A stretch of DNA of 64,000 nt from Octopus vulgaris (taxonomy: Eukaryota). Shown in pieces: positions 1 through 12,006 of this stretch. The stretch spans positions 11,284,001 through 11,348,000 of the forward strand of contig OX597825.1 of the NCBI GenBank assembly GCA_951406725.2, read 5' to 3'. Both the position numbers and the translations under genes were made by a program. Positions within the stretch are counted from its first letter, which is position 1; each line of letters begins with the position of its first letter. The notes under the pieces were generated by a model. The model searched no databases, was not told where the DNA came from, and saw only the letters and a list, made by a program, of their open reading frames with translations.

Positions 1-800
1 TAAAGGTTATACGACTGCGGTACTTTCAACTTAACTTCTTAGACTACGTGAAAAATTCTCTACTAAATCTTGGTCAACTTTGGATAGATTTTTAACTTCT
101 GTGTTAGCCGCATATAATTAATAAGCAAGAAATTTGATCGTAGGCCAGATCTATAGAATTTTTGGCAACTGAGAAGAACTTTCACTCTTCTAATTGAACA
201 ACCTTTGTACGTGCCTAAAAATATATTCTCGACTCTCCATGCATGACTACCAACCATCAGTGCTTACGTCTGTCGTATTATGGACGGATTAATAACCAGT
301 TATTTGTTCTCAACCAAAGATTTGTGTTCTTTCTATGAGTGTCAGTAATAGCTATTGATTTACACTACTTCAGTTTAACTCTTTTGATGAAGAGCCAGAA
401 TCTTTGTTACACTCACAATTCATTGTCATTTTTATGGCTATGGATATGTTTTGTGGGTAGATATAACCGTCTTGGTGATTCAATGAAATCTCTTATACAC
501 GTCAGAGTTCAAATATGGCGACTATAAGTTAGAAAGTCGATCATCGATATAAAACTACATTTCCATCCTGTGTTATTTATTCTTGGTAATTCGTACTGCA
601 GCCGAGATATACATCTAGATGGCATTAATAGTTCTATTACAGTCCAAGATACATTTGCTCTTACATATCAAAGAAACTTACATTTCCGTTTCATTTGGTA
701 ATTCCACGTCCAGTTCTTAACACGATTCTACGCTAGCAGATATTTTTTAACGTTTTATCAGTTTCATTATTACTGAAAATGTAAAATAGAATGTTAGCTG
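1..800 (-). mobile_element. Highly decayed Gypsy-like LTR retrotransposon reverse transcriptase remnant
   Basis: Minus-strand translation near 600-510 gives YELPRINN...KCSFISMIDF (cf. Gypsy YPLPRID...FSxIDL). Near 145-85 it gives TIKFLAY..AANTEVKNL (cf. IKFLG...ADPEKVKAI). Many stops and frameshifts; boundaries approximate. Confidence 0.5.
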
Positions 801-1599
801 ATGGGCATTGAATAGCGGTGCCTAGCTGGCTGAAATACACAGGTTCTTCGTCATTTTAGCAAGATTGCAGAACAATTTACTGGTATTGTTCAGACTCTAA
901 CACATGTTACAGCCACTTACAAAATGTAACTCAATCCGACAGGCGATAAAGCAAGATATGCTATTTATACTTTATATACATGTATTGAGATATATTGATA
1001 TGAACAGATTATCGAATATATTTTTAGCTTCAGGTTACTCATTGTATAAACATGAATCCTGCTAGTCAAGTTACACGCTACGTTTAGCTTATTCGTTAAT
1101 AGTATCAATCAGTTCTATCTGCTCCTGCTATTAGCAAATAGGTTAAATTCCATCTTGCCAACGTTGCGTTTTGAATTCATTAATCATTATCGAACACGTT
1201 TTATTTGATTCTCATAATTATACGGGCTTATCATAAGAGGTAGACTTTGTAGAACAACTAAAGATACAGATTAATTTCTGGCATAAGTAAAGGAAATAAC
1301 TCGATGGCTACAGAATAGCAATTAAAAACGCAGTATCATAAAATTTACCCTCCTTAAAAAAAATACGATAAACTCTGTGATTGCTAAATAATGTCTTAGA
1401 TTAATACTTTCTCATGGTTTCATTGTTCTGCTTGAAAGGTGAAGTTCATTAACCGGAATGATAGTCATGGCAGGATTCGGTAATATTATTTCACCACCTC
1501 TCCTACTGAAAGACTCCATTTTAATAAATAATTATCAAAGAATGAAGCATGGAATGGAGTAAGTGTTATTGAGATTAGGGTTTGTTAAGTCCAACCGTG

Positions 1600-4300
1600 A
1601 CAGCTGGACTGATGCCTTTGGACGTGTCGGGAATCGTAACAAATCACGAAAGAAAACATTGTCTTCTACTTCATTGCTTTTGAAACGAAAGAAACACACA
1701 AAAAACACAAACATTGTCCTTACATTCAAACTCTCCATCTTTCTCTAATAAAATTTGCGTGTACCCATAATTGTTATTTATAAGGAGAAAACCATAAACA
1801 ATTAGTCAAGATGGTAAGGGAGAGGCCGATTGGAGAAAACCACCAGAAAAACAGAAGATAATGGAGAATTTTATTTGCAACAGGTGACAGTCAAGATAAA
1901 ATCTCTCTATATATAAACGGCAGTTTGTCTGTGCGTGTTTCTGTGCGTCTGTTTGCTTGTACCCTCACTCTGACCACGGCTTTCAACCGATTCTGATGAA
2001 ACTTGACACACACATAGCCCAATGTCATAATTCAAAACTAACGCAGCGAAAATTTTGAAAAGTTCCCCCAGTTCTGAAAAAATCGATAAATTCGACATGG
2101 GGTCGAGAATCAAAAAAAACAAACCACAGACTGTCTAGGGGACGCAACTCAACCTTTTTTTACTCTCAAAAAAAATTTACCATCATTTTTTTGCTATTTT
2201 TTGGCTATAACTCTCTAAAAATGCTTTATAGTTATTTCCCTTACAAACCTGAGCAACGCCGGGCGATACTGCTAGTTGATGATAAAATTGAAATGTGCAA
2301 AACATAGAAAAGCATCTCTCCTCACAGAATTCTAAACGATTCCCTGATTTTAGGGCTAATATCACTGACTCCCATCCTGTATGATTTCTTTTTTCACTTC
2401 GTCTCGTTTCCTCTGGAGTTGCAATGGATGATGTTTCACAATTCCTAGTTTTAGAAAAAATGTTTTTCTTCCAAAGACATGAATCAAGTTTTTCTATCAC
2501 TGTAGATAATACCAGATATTTCCACTAGAGACAATAGCACTTGGAGACATGGAACAATAATTTGAAAGATGATATACACACAAGGGAATATATAAGTGTT
2601 ACGTGAGTATTTATCAACGACCCCTGAAAGGCATTTGTTTTGAGGAACTGACAGTTTAGATCTCTTCAAATCTAATGAGATGTGATCCATTGCCTCCTGT
2701 ATAGTTTTCATGAAGTTTTGATTACTTCGAATGTAACATTAAGGTTTTAGTTCGGACCATATTCGAGAGTCAAAATATATTTTACGGACATTCTTAGTTT
2801 AAAAAAAGTAAATGTTTTGATTTACATAATCCATCAATCTTCTTACTCCTAAGTGACATTATTCACCGTAAAGATATACTAAGCGCAATTTATAAACTGG
2901 CCGAGCAGAACAATGTATCCGTGGCAGGCACCAGTATATATATTTCCTTTTATCACATCGATAAAAATGTCAAAAGAATATGAAGAACGCTTGATAAACC
3001 AACATTTATCATTCGTAACGATGCATTTATTGGGTTTATGAAGCATAGATTGGACGCTTTGATGGTCTGTAACGAGGGTTAAGTTCCTAGGAGGCTGTGT
3101 CAGTATTTATGTAATCTTACAACTATGGTAGCTTTCTTGTTAATAAAGCGATATCATTAATCAGTCTTAAATGGCAGGGTGACCTTTTTGGGGGTAGTGC
3201 TGCAGCTAGTGTTTGACCTGATGCATTGACGTCAACCGTAAATGAGAAGGAGTTGTAACTGGTTTACAATAATTTTCTTTGATGCTGTCAATATTTTTAA
3301 AGATAGTAACAACTTCTTGTGGAATGGGATAGCGGTACATCTGATTAAGTGTTTTAATTCGTCCAAAAAAAGGTGTCACATAATTGCTGTTGTCTTTTAA
3401 TTTCCTTTTGTGCAGTAGGAATTTCAAGGTATTTAAGCAGAAGTAGCCTAACAGCTTAAGCAATTGCTCAGTAATTTTGCAAAGGCGGTACCCAAAGAAT
3501 TTTAAGAATAAATATATAAGTATCGTTTTGATATTCTTTTTGAGTCTCACTGTTTACCATGTACATGACAATTCATTATCGGTTGGTAGATGTCACCACG
3601 GGTCAGCAAACAAACTGTTTGCTGAAGTTGTAAACAAGAGCTTTAGCTTTTGTTGGATTCATTAGTCCAAGGTGCATTTGGCTGACGAGACACAACGATG
3701 TTGAAACATTTACTTTTGACTTCCGAACAGATGTCGCTGTACATTGCAGCGTTCCAGCCTCTCAAAACGGAACCGAAGCCAGCCGCCATAAGGACAGCTT
3801 CCTCCTTGCGTTAATTAACCGAGTATGTTATGAACTCACATTCATCGTAAAGATGTTGTTCGCCTCTGACGAATTACAACAGCGATTAGCATATTTACGT
3901 TTGAATCTGGCGGAACGTATCAAGAATGAATATGCAAGTCTACCTTTTGATCCTCGCTGTTCCGTCATGCACCTGGCGGTTTATAATTTTATGTTTGTTT
4001 TGCTGAAACAGTTTATTTTCAAGATTTATTTATTTAGATCTTGGAGCATGACTGAAATGCATTTAGATTTCCGCCGTGACTTTCCTTAAAGGTACCACAT
4101 ACGATTAAGTTTTCTAAATATGAGCAGGGAGATTCGGGGTTATTCAGTGAGGTAATTGTACTATCCCTCGTTGCAAATAAACAAGCCGCAGCTTTCGTAA
4201 AGCCAAATGGATGTCTTAGCTACTCAAGTCTTGAAAATTAGGACATTTTTAATCAGCAAGAACAACTGATAATAGGCATTCTTCATTTTGGCGTTACTAA
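1600..4300 (-). mobile_element. Decayed Gypsy LTR retrotransposon pol (RT/RNase H/integrase) remnant, interrupted by a Helitron
   Basis: Collinear motifs on the minus strand. RNase H: FTVDVNASGQTLAAALPQKGHP (~3245-3175) and NLTLVTDHQSV...SSYSFDI (~3090-2965). Integrase: CHLGVRRLMDYVKSK...ELKP (~2860-2745), HISLDLK...VVDKYSRNTYIFPC (ORF 2484-2711), IYSDR and ILALKSGN. C-terminal EDNVFFRDL (ORF 1535-1738; cf. EDTVSLRDLAP). The RT-RH-IN order is Gypsy-type. Confidence 0.8.
1902..2275 (+). mobile_element. Non-autonomous Helitron
   Basis: Starts TC (tctctctatatataaa) after A1901 and ends CTAG before T2276. Subterminal hairpin cctgagc-aac-gccggg, internal (GTCT)-like microsatellite and no TSD. It splits the Gypsy integrase remnant. 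Confidence 0.8.
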
Positions 4301-4347
4301 AATATGCTGCAATGCAGTATATATTAACTCGGAAATGAGAAGTAATG

Positions 4348-4654
4348 AATTTGTTAGACTTCAGGTGCCATCCTTCACATTCCTCTTAATTTAACACCAA
4401 ACGCCAAATCTAATATTACACTAACCTGAAAGGATTTGGTGAAAGAGAGCCAATTTGTAAAGTACAATCATTTGTTATTATTACCCGAACTTTTCCCAGT
4501 TCTCTGATGTTTTCTTTGAAAACACAATTTACTTTTTGCTTTACGAATTGGCTCTCGATCGCCGAATCCCTTCAAGTTAGTGTAATATTAGATTTGGCGT
4601 TTGGTGTTAAATTAAAAGGAATATGACGGATGGGATCTTTAGACTAACAAAATT
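4348..4654. repeat. Long imperfect inverted repeat (fold-back/MITE-like)
   Basis: Arm 4348-4462 is the reverse complement of 4539-4654 (core taatttaacaccaaacgccaaatctaatattacactaac), with a spacer of about 76 bp. Confidence 0.85.
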
Positions 4655-5130
4655 TGGCAATACTCGAGGGGCTTCCAAGATATTAAATTTAAATGCCACA
4701 GCAAAATGTTGGGAGTATGAAACTCTATTCCAGAGTTAAATTAGAGTTGACAGCGAGTATAACTAAAAATATCTGTACAAATTTCACACACACCTATAAT
4801 CAAATTCTCCGAATAGTTTCATTGACTAAACAGTTCCATTTTCCTGTCAACCATAAGCATGCATCAGAAAAGGATCTTCTATTAAAGTAGAACTTTACAA
4901 AGTTGAAGAAATTGATGAATTAGAAATCGGTTTATTTGTTCTATATTGGTGCCCTAATTGTTTAATACGTAATTTTCACACCTAGGAAAATTGGCTTTTT
5001 TCTCACACTTCCGACATAGCGTTTGCTAGGCGGACATGTTTTGTGCTCATACCTACATTAAAACAACAACACAACAGCTTCTAAATGAGCAGCTGTTGAA
5101 ATAAGTTATTGTTATTATTAGGTATCTTAA

Positions 5131-5355
5131 GATGTGGCAAGGTGGTAGAATCGTTAACACGCAGAGCAAAAATGCTTAGCGGCATTTTGTCCGTCTTTAC
5201 GTTCAGGGTTCAAATGCCGCTGAGGTCGACTTCGCCATTCATCCTTTCGGAGTCGATTAAAACAAGTATCAGTTGAGCACTGGGGTCGATGTAATCGATT
5301 CACCCCCTAACCGGAACTTTACGGCATTGTACCAAAAATTTGAAATCATTATTAT
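5131..5355 (+). mobile_element. tRNA-derived SINE, family A
   Basis: B-box-like ggttcaaatgcc, central gcc(t/a)ttcatcctttcgg-gtcgat...aagtaccag domain (resembles the Meta/MESC SINE domain) and an (att)n tail. Confidence 0.85.
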
Positions 5356-7013
5356 CAGATATCCTCTTCTGTATAAAGAGTAGCGTTTACGAAGTCTGAT
5401 GGTTAACGCTGGCATAATTTATTACTAAATCCAATCCAAGACTTGTGAAACTACTTTTTCCAAATACGATGTTTTATTCTCGATCAGTCTGAGTTTTAAT
5501 CTTGTTGTTTTAGATATAAAAGTATCATTATCGATTTTGTTTACAAAATTCCGATAAAGTAACATTAAAGTTATATTCTTTAACAATAGTTTCCAGACTT
5601 GAAGGAAGTGAATTAGGAATATGAAAAAAAAAAAAAAAAAAAAAAACATCGCTCATTGGTTTAATGTGGGTGTTCTGAATGCAAATTATCGTAACCTACT
5701 TGATGAAATATGAAATTTACGAGAGAGTGTTATCTGTAGATATAAGTAAATAGCAAAAAGATTGTTTCGAGCGTACGAAACCAGTGTTTAATGTCAGAGG
5801 AGGCTAACAACGAATGAGAAGGAACTGCATTAAATATTTGGGGGTGAAACATTCAATTCATATTGAACTCTTTGAATAATCTGTCATAAAAGAACGTAAC
5901 GATTTGAGGTGCGAATTGTAAAAACTTCATTCAGCAACAAATGATGCAGCTCAACGTTCAGTTTAAAGATAGGAAAAAAATACGTACACCACGATGCATA
6001 AATTGTTAAGCAACACGATATCACAAGAAGCCTTCTCTTTCGACTACAAGTAAAATACCTGAACATTGATTTTTCAAATCTAAGAACGAACGAGGTATTT
6101 TTTTAAACAGGAACCGAGTAATGGGAACCGGATTTAGTGATAGCTTTACTTGATAGGAATTTCCACTATCAAAGTAGAAACAGGGGTTCATGTTCTGTCA
6201 CTTGTGGTCAAGAACGAAACTTAACTTTCGAAAAGCTCCACCCACTGTATATAAGAAATGGATAATACAAACATCTCAGAACTTTAAGTTGTGGAAACAC
6301 TTTAATACTGATAAATATTTTGTTATATAGCAGCGCTGAGTTCATGTCCATCCAGAGCTATATAATACTCTATGAATAATATATGAATACGAAAACTTCA
6401 GTTTCTACACTGTAATGGCTCATGTGATCCATAAAGAAGTAAATATACTCAAGTTATTTTCATTCAATACCATTAAACAACTCTCATATCTTTAAAGAAT
6501 ATTCTTTCAATGAAAGAAACAAAGTGTTTAAATGTAAGAAACTTCGACACATTTTAAGACACAACCTGATTGGATAATCTTTTGAATTTAAACAAAAAAG
6601 ATCTACGTTATTATGGCTTATTGTGAAGAGATAAGAGCGGTACTTTGAAGCAATTTTAGGCTGAGTATATCCCCATTAATTATATACTGTAATCAATGGA
6701 ATTCTCAGGAGATAACTCATGTGAAATATTTAGGGAAACAAACTATAAACTACACTTAATAGTTAATGGAGTCATAATAGTAAAGAAAACAAACAACAAA
6801 AAACGTATCATTTCTTGCGTCCAATTACCTTGATGTTTCTGTCTTGGGTATTAAACGTATGAACTGTGAAGGTTGAATATACACATGCAAAGGCATCAAG
6901 CAATTATTTGTAAGGTTTGTTTTCATATCAAGTGGAAACATACGCCACCGATGTTATCCAAGGGAAAGGCAAAAGCCGATACAGCTTCGCGCCAGTGACG
7001 TCGCAACTAATTT

Positions 7014-7322
7014 ATTAACGTGCAAGTGGCTGAGCACTCCACAGACACGTGTATCCTTAACGTAGTTCTCGAGGAGATTCAGTGAGACACAGAATGTGAC
7101 AAGGCTGGCCCTTTGAAATACAGGTACAACAGAAACAGGAAGAGTGGGAGAAAGTTGTGGTGAAAGGGTACAGCAGGGTTCACCACCAACCCCTGCCGGA
7201 ACCTCGTGGGGCTTTAGGGGGTTTCGCTCAATAAACACTCACAATGCCAGGTCTGGGAATCGAAACCACGATTCTACGACTGTGAGTCCGCTGCCCTAGC
7301 CACTGGGCCATTGCATCTCCAC
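7014..7322 (-). mobile_element. tRNA-derived SINE, family C
   Basis: Minus-strand head tggcccagtggctagggcagcggactc...ggtttcgattccc (A and B boxes). Homologous to 41316-41510; tail shared with 21567-21883. Confidence 0.85.
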
Positions 7323-7882
7323 TAAACCAAACCAATGACATGACGTAACTGTACTAGGACATAAACTTTAAATCACATCCACTAAATATGGCACCTACGA
7401 GATATATTTTCTGCTAAAGCACTCGGAAAAACAAATAGAGTGGCAGATTGTAAGAATCGAACTCATATTTAACAGTTTATGTGTATATAATGAATCCGTC
7501 TCATATTTATCGATTTATTAGCTAAATCTATTATAAAACAACAGCAATCTCAGATCTTGCTTTAACAGGCAGTAAAAATCATTCGTTTTATTGGTGAAAA
7601 AAACAACTTTTTATTGTTTTCTTCCCCACTGGAAATAAAGTGTCTCGTTCTTTTTATTATTAATTTTTATTTTCTTCATCTTCTTCGCACGGTGGATTCA
7701 ACTTTGACAGAAGAGATGGTCTGCAATGAAGCTTTGCTCTTTGAAGTAAAGCTAATCTGTTCGGTGTAATAAGCCAAATCTTTCTCCGCAAAAAAGGTTA
7801 ATATATTTATAAGAACAATAAGAAAATTTAGCTACCCACAATCATATTTCTCTTACATTATCACCATTACATCATCACCATC

Positions 7883-7957
<75 letters not shown>
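7883..7957. repeat. (ATT)n microsatellite
   Basis: Direct inspection. Confidence 0.95.
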
Positions 7958-7958
<1 letters not shown>

Positions 7959-8670
7959 GTTACTTTATGTTGTTTTGCTGCTCAATTACAATAGCGTCAA
8001 GAATTTATCCTTGCAAAGCATTCCAAAGCAATTTGAAGCGTTTGAACAGATTATCAATTACTCTTTTTTCCCCCAAAGCTATTATTAACTTCGATGTGTG
8101 ATATCGATCGGAAACCTAAAATAATATATTAGTAAGGAAATCAATAGATTTTGGATATGAAGGAGGCATAATTTTATGAAAATTTGATGAATCAACCAAG
8201 TGAAATATAGCAAATAACCTTACTAAGTCCAATAGAGTTCACAGTTTCTGGGACTCTCTCTCTTTCCTTTCGTCTTTCCATCTCTCTTTCTCTGTCTTTC
8301 TCTCCTTGTTTGTCTCTCTGTTATGTGAATGTCGATTGACCCTTCGATTTATTGATAAAACAAGTCGTATGAGGTTATTTAGGGCGATCTAAGAGGCTTC
8401 ATCAATGTTATAATTTTCTCTTAAAACTACCGAATGCAGGGAACTCATAGCTATCAAATCAGGAGCCTAGATCGATGTTAAAGCAACAATACTAAAACTA
8501 ATACTAAATATTATTGTGTGAATACTTCAATTATGAAGAATAAATGGTTTCCTTTCTTTCCTTGTTTCTAAATCCATACGAAGACTACAACTCGTCTTGT
8601 TTTATGAACCAATGCTACTTATTGAAGTATATCTAATGAACTCCCGCGCATTATTTGTTATATCAAATAT

Positions 8671-9242
8671 TATTTTCTACTCTAGGCACAAGGCCTGAAA
8701 ATTTTGGGGAGTGGCCAGTCGATTAGATCGACCCCAGTACCCCGAAAGGATGAAAGGCAAAGTCGACCTCGGCAGAATTTGAACTCAGAACGTAAAGACA
8801 GACGAAATACCCATTTCTTTACTAACCACAAGGGGCTAAACACAGAAGGGACAAACAAGGACAGACAAAGGGATTAAGTCGATTAGATCGACCCCAGTGC
8901 GTAACTGGTACTTATTTAATCGACCCCGAAAGGATGAAAGGCAAAGTGGACCTCGGCGGAATTTGAACTCAGAACGTAGCGCCAGACGAAATACTGCTAA
9001 GCATTTCGCCTGGCGTGCTAACGACTCTGCCAGCTCGCCGCCTTATTGTTATATGAAGGCCTGAAAATTTTGGAGAGGGGCGAGTCGATTAGATCGGCCC
9101 CAGTACGCAACTGGTATTTAATTTATCAACCCCGAAAGGATGTAAGGCAAAGCCGACCTCGATGGAATTTGAACTCGGAAATTCAAAGCTTTTAGAAGCA
9201 TTTCGCCAAATGTGCTAACGTTTCTGCCAGTTCGCCGCCTTA
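8671..9242 (-). mobile_element. Composite of family A SINE units (dimer 8671-9042 plus copy 9056-9242)
   Basis: Three SINE bodies flanked by the 16-bp direct repeat ttgttatatcaaatat (8655-8670 and 9243-9258). Confidence 0.85.
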
Positions 9243-9289
9243 TTGTTATATCAAATATCAAAAACAAATTTATTTACATCGTATTATAC

Positions 9290-9432
9290 TTTCAATTGTT
9301 CGAATTCTGTTTACATCGACTTTGCCTTTCATCCTTTTGAGCCAAATAAAAAGCTGTACCAGTTAAGCACTGAGGTCGAATCAAACGATCAGCCCTCTCC
9401 CGCAAAAGTTCGGGCCTTGTGCCTGTTGCAGA
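9290..9432 (+). mobile_element. Partial family A SINE
   Basis: tcgactttgcctttcatccttttgag...gtaccagttaagcactgaggtcga. Confidence 0.7.
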
Positions 9433-9560
9433 AAGGTAAAAAAGAAAAGAAAATTAGTTTACGTAATATCTGTATTCGGGTTTCGGTTTATGTTTTATCC
9501 TTCTTTTTGTGCTCGTGATCGTTGAAAATCTCGAGCACACACACACACACATACTGAAAC

Positions 9561-9665
9561 AGATAGATAGATAAATAGATAGATCGAGAGAAAATGAATA
9601 AATAGATGGATAAATAAATTGATAGATTGATAGATAGCTAGATAAATATATAAATAGATAGATAA

Positions 9666-9744
<79 letters not shown>

Positions 9745-9781
9745 AATAGATAGATAAATAGATAGATAAATAAATAGATAG

Positions 9782-9812
<31 letters not shown>

Positions 9813-9837
9813 AATAGATAGATAAATAAATAGATAG

Positions 9838-9868
<31 letters not shown>

Positions 9869-9917
9869 CATAAATAGATAAATAGATAGATAAATAAATA
9901 TATAAATAGATAGATAA

Positions 9918-9954
<37 letters not shown>

Positions 9955-9955
9955 C

Positions 9956-10012
<57 letters not shown>

Positions 10013-10378
10013 AACAGATAGATAAATAGATAGATAGAAGATAGATAGATAAATAGATAGATACATAAATAGATAAATAGATAGATAAATAGATAGATAG
10101 ATTGATAGATAGCTAGATACATAAATAGATTGATAGATAGATAAATAGATAAATAGATAGATTGATAGATAGATTGATAGATAGATAAATAGATATATAA
10201 ATAGATAGATTGATAGATAAATAAATAGATAAATAGATAGATTGATAGATAGATTGATAGATAGATAAATAGATATATAAATAGATAGATACATAAATAG
10301 ATAGATAAATAGATAAATAGATAGAAAAAAAAATAGATAGAAAAAAGATAAATAGAAAAATAGGTAGATAGATAGATA
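9561..10378. repeat. Long degenerate (AGAT)n/(AAAT)n microsatellite, about 820 bp
   Basis: Direct inspection; it accounts for the IYLS-repeat ORFs. Confidence 0.97.
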
Positions 10379-10403
10379 TGTATATTGTCATCCCAGAACT
10401 CAC

Positions 10404-10471
10404 CTCATCGTCCACAACAATTTGATATCGAAGTATTCTCCGTCGCAGAACAGTTCTTCTCGTCAACATGA
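10404..10471 (-). other. Candidate 68-nt exon
   Basis: Minus strand: pyrimidine tract plus acceptor ttcttgttttccctaaag|TCATGTTG... and consensus donor GAG|GTGAGT. CpG-retaining; one open frame, MLTRRTVLRRRILRYQIVVDDE. Confidence 0.35.
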
Positions 10472-10967
10472 CTTTAGGGAAAACAAGAATTTCTTTCTAT
10501 TTCCAAATAATTACTATTTTGGTTTTTACCATATAAATTATACAATCACTTTATCAGGCAAAATCTTGCAACAACGATCAGAGAACTCTCTCATTGCATG
10601 GTTGTTGTTTCCTTTATGTTTATTTTTCAAAATGAATATTAATTCTCAATTCTTCGCTTTTCTTTAAACAATTTTCATTTTATTCTGTTTAAGCTAAAAA
10701 TTTATTCTGTTTAATTCAAATTAAAATATTTTTCTTATTTTTTTCTTTAGTTGTTCTCCTGTTTATAAGGTTTGTCAATTATAAATTATTCAAAAATATT
10801 ATCAAATATTAGTTTTAAACCGAAAAAAAATGCTTGTGTGCCTATATCGAAATCCCACAATATTGTGAATTAGAAGAACTAAACCAGAAAGAAACAAAAT
10901 CTGGTCACGGGTCTCCTCATAACATTAAGTGGCATAATATAAATATAGAAATATCTATGTTTTTATA

Positions 10968-12006
10968 TAGTAATCCCTCACCATATCACGGTTCACCCAT
11001 CGCGGTTCACATATCGCGGTTCACATATCGCGGTTCACTTACCGCGGTTTATTATTTAAGCTTGCGTCAATTCTTCCGTGGTATTGTTTTGCATTTATAA
11101 TAAAATAAATGCATAGAAATCATTAAAAAAAATATACAGTGCAGTACTGTTTCTTATTTCTTTACTACCCACAAAGGGCTAAACATAGAGGAGACAAACA
11201 AGGACAGACAAACGGATTAAGTCGATTATATCGACCCAAGGTCGTAACTGGTACTTAATTTATTGACCCCAAAAGAATGAAAGGCAAAGTCGGCCATGGC
11301 GGAATTTGAACTCAGAACGTAACGGCAGACGAAATACCTATTTCTTTACTACCCACAAGGGGCTAAACATAGAGGGGACAAACAAGGACAGACAAACGGA
11401 TTAAGTCGATTATATCGACCCCAGTGCGTAATTGGTACTTAATTTATTGACCCCAAAAGAATGAAAGGCAAAGTCGACCTTGGCGGAATTTGAACTCAGA
11501 ACGTAACGGCAGACGAAATACCTATTTCTTTACTACCCACAAGGGGCTAAACATAGAGGGGACAAACAAGGACAGACAAACGGATTAAGTCGATTATATC
11601 GACCCCAGTGCGTAACTGGTACTTAATTTATTGACCCCAAAAGAATGAAAGGCAAAGTCGACCTTGGCGGAATTTGAACTCAGAACGTAACGGCAGACGA
11701 AATACCTATTTCTTTACTACTCACAAGGGACTAAACACAGAGGGGACAAACAAGGACAGACAAACGGATTAAATCTAAAACATCGACCCCAATGCGTAAG
11801 TGGTTCTTAATTTATCGACCCCGAAAGGATGAAAGGCAAAGTCGATCTTGGCAGAATTTGAACTCAGAACGTAACGGCAGACGAAATACGGCTAAGCATT
11901 TCGCCCGGCGTGCTTACGTTTCTGCCAGCTTGTTTCTACTTGGCGAATTTTTACCTATCGCGGGGGTTTTTCGAAGGTAACAACCGCGATAGCTGAGGGA
12001 TTACTG
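10968..12006. mobile_element. pogo/Tigger-like MITE interrupted by a SINE tetramer
   Basis: TIRs (c>t)agtaatccctca / tgagggattactg. The halves 10968-11154 and 11931-12006 are collinear with the intact copy at 45977-46191. Internal short tandem repeat tcgcggttcacata. Confidence 0.85.
11155..11930 (-). mobile_element. Head-to-tail tetramer of family A SINE (184-bp period)
   Basis: Units start at 11155, 11339, 11523 and 11707. A single 7-bp TSD tgtttct lies at 11148-11154 and 11931-11937. Confidence 0.92.

Noticed and set aside
1993-2010. CTGATGA in the Helitron
   Set aside because: No stem II, GAAA or NUH arrangement follows.
3680-3714. CUGACGA gaca..tgtt GAAAC hammerhead-like motif
   Set aside because: Stem I is only about 2 bp, stem III is unpaired, there is no TA-island context and it lies inside the Gypsy remnant; likely chance.
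9454-10294. 222-aa and 218-aa ORFs, and all [12 protein letters not shown]/poly-K/poly-S ORFs in the window
   Set aside because: Stop-free translations of microsatellites, not genes.
11155-11930. Regular repeat array resembling CRISPR
   Set aside because: Contiguous 184-bp SINE units with no unique spacers, no cas genes and a eukaryotic context.
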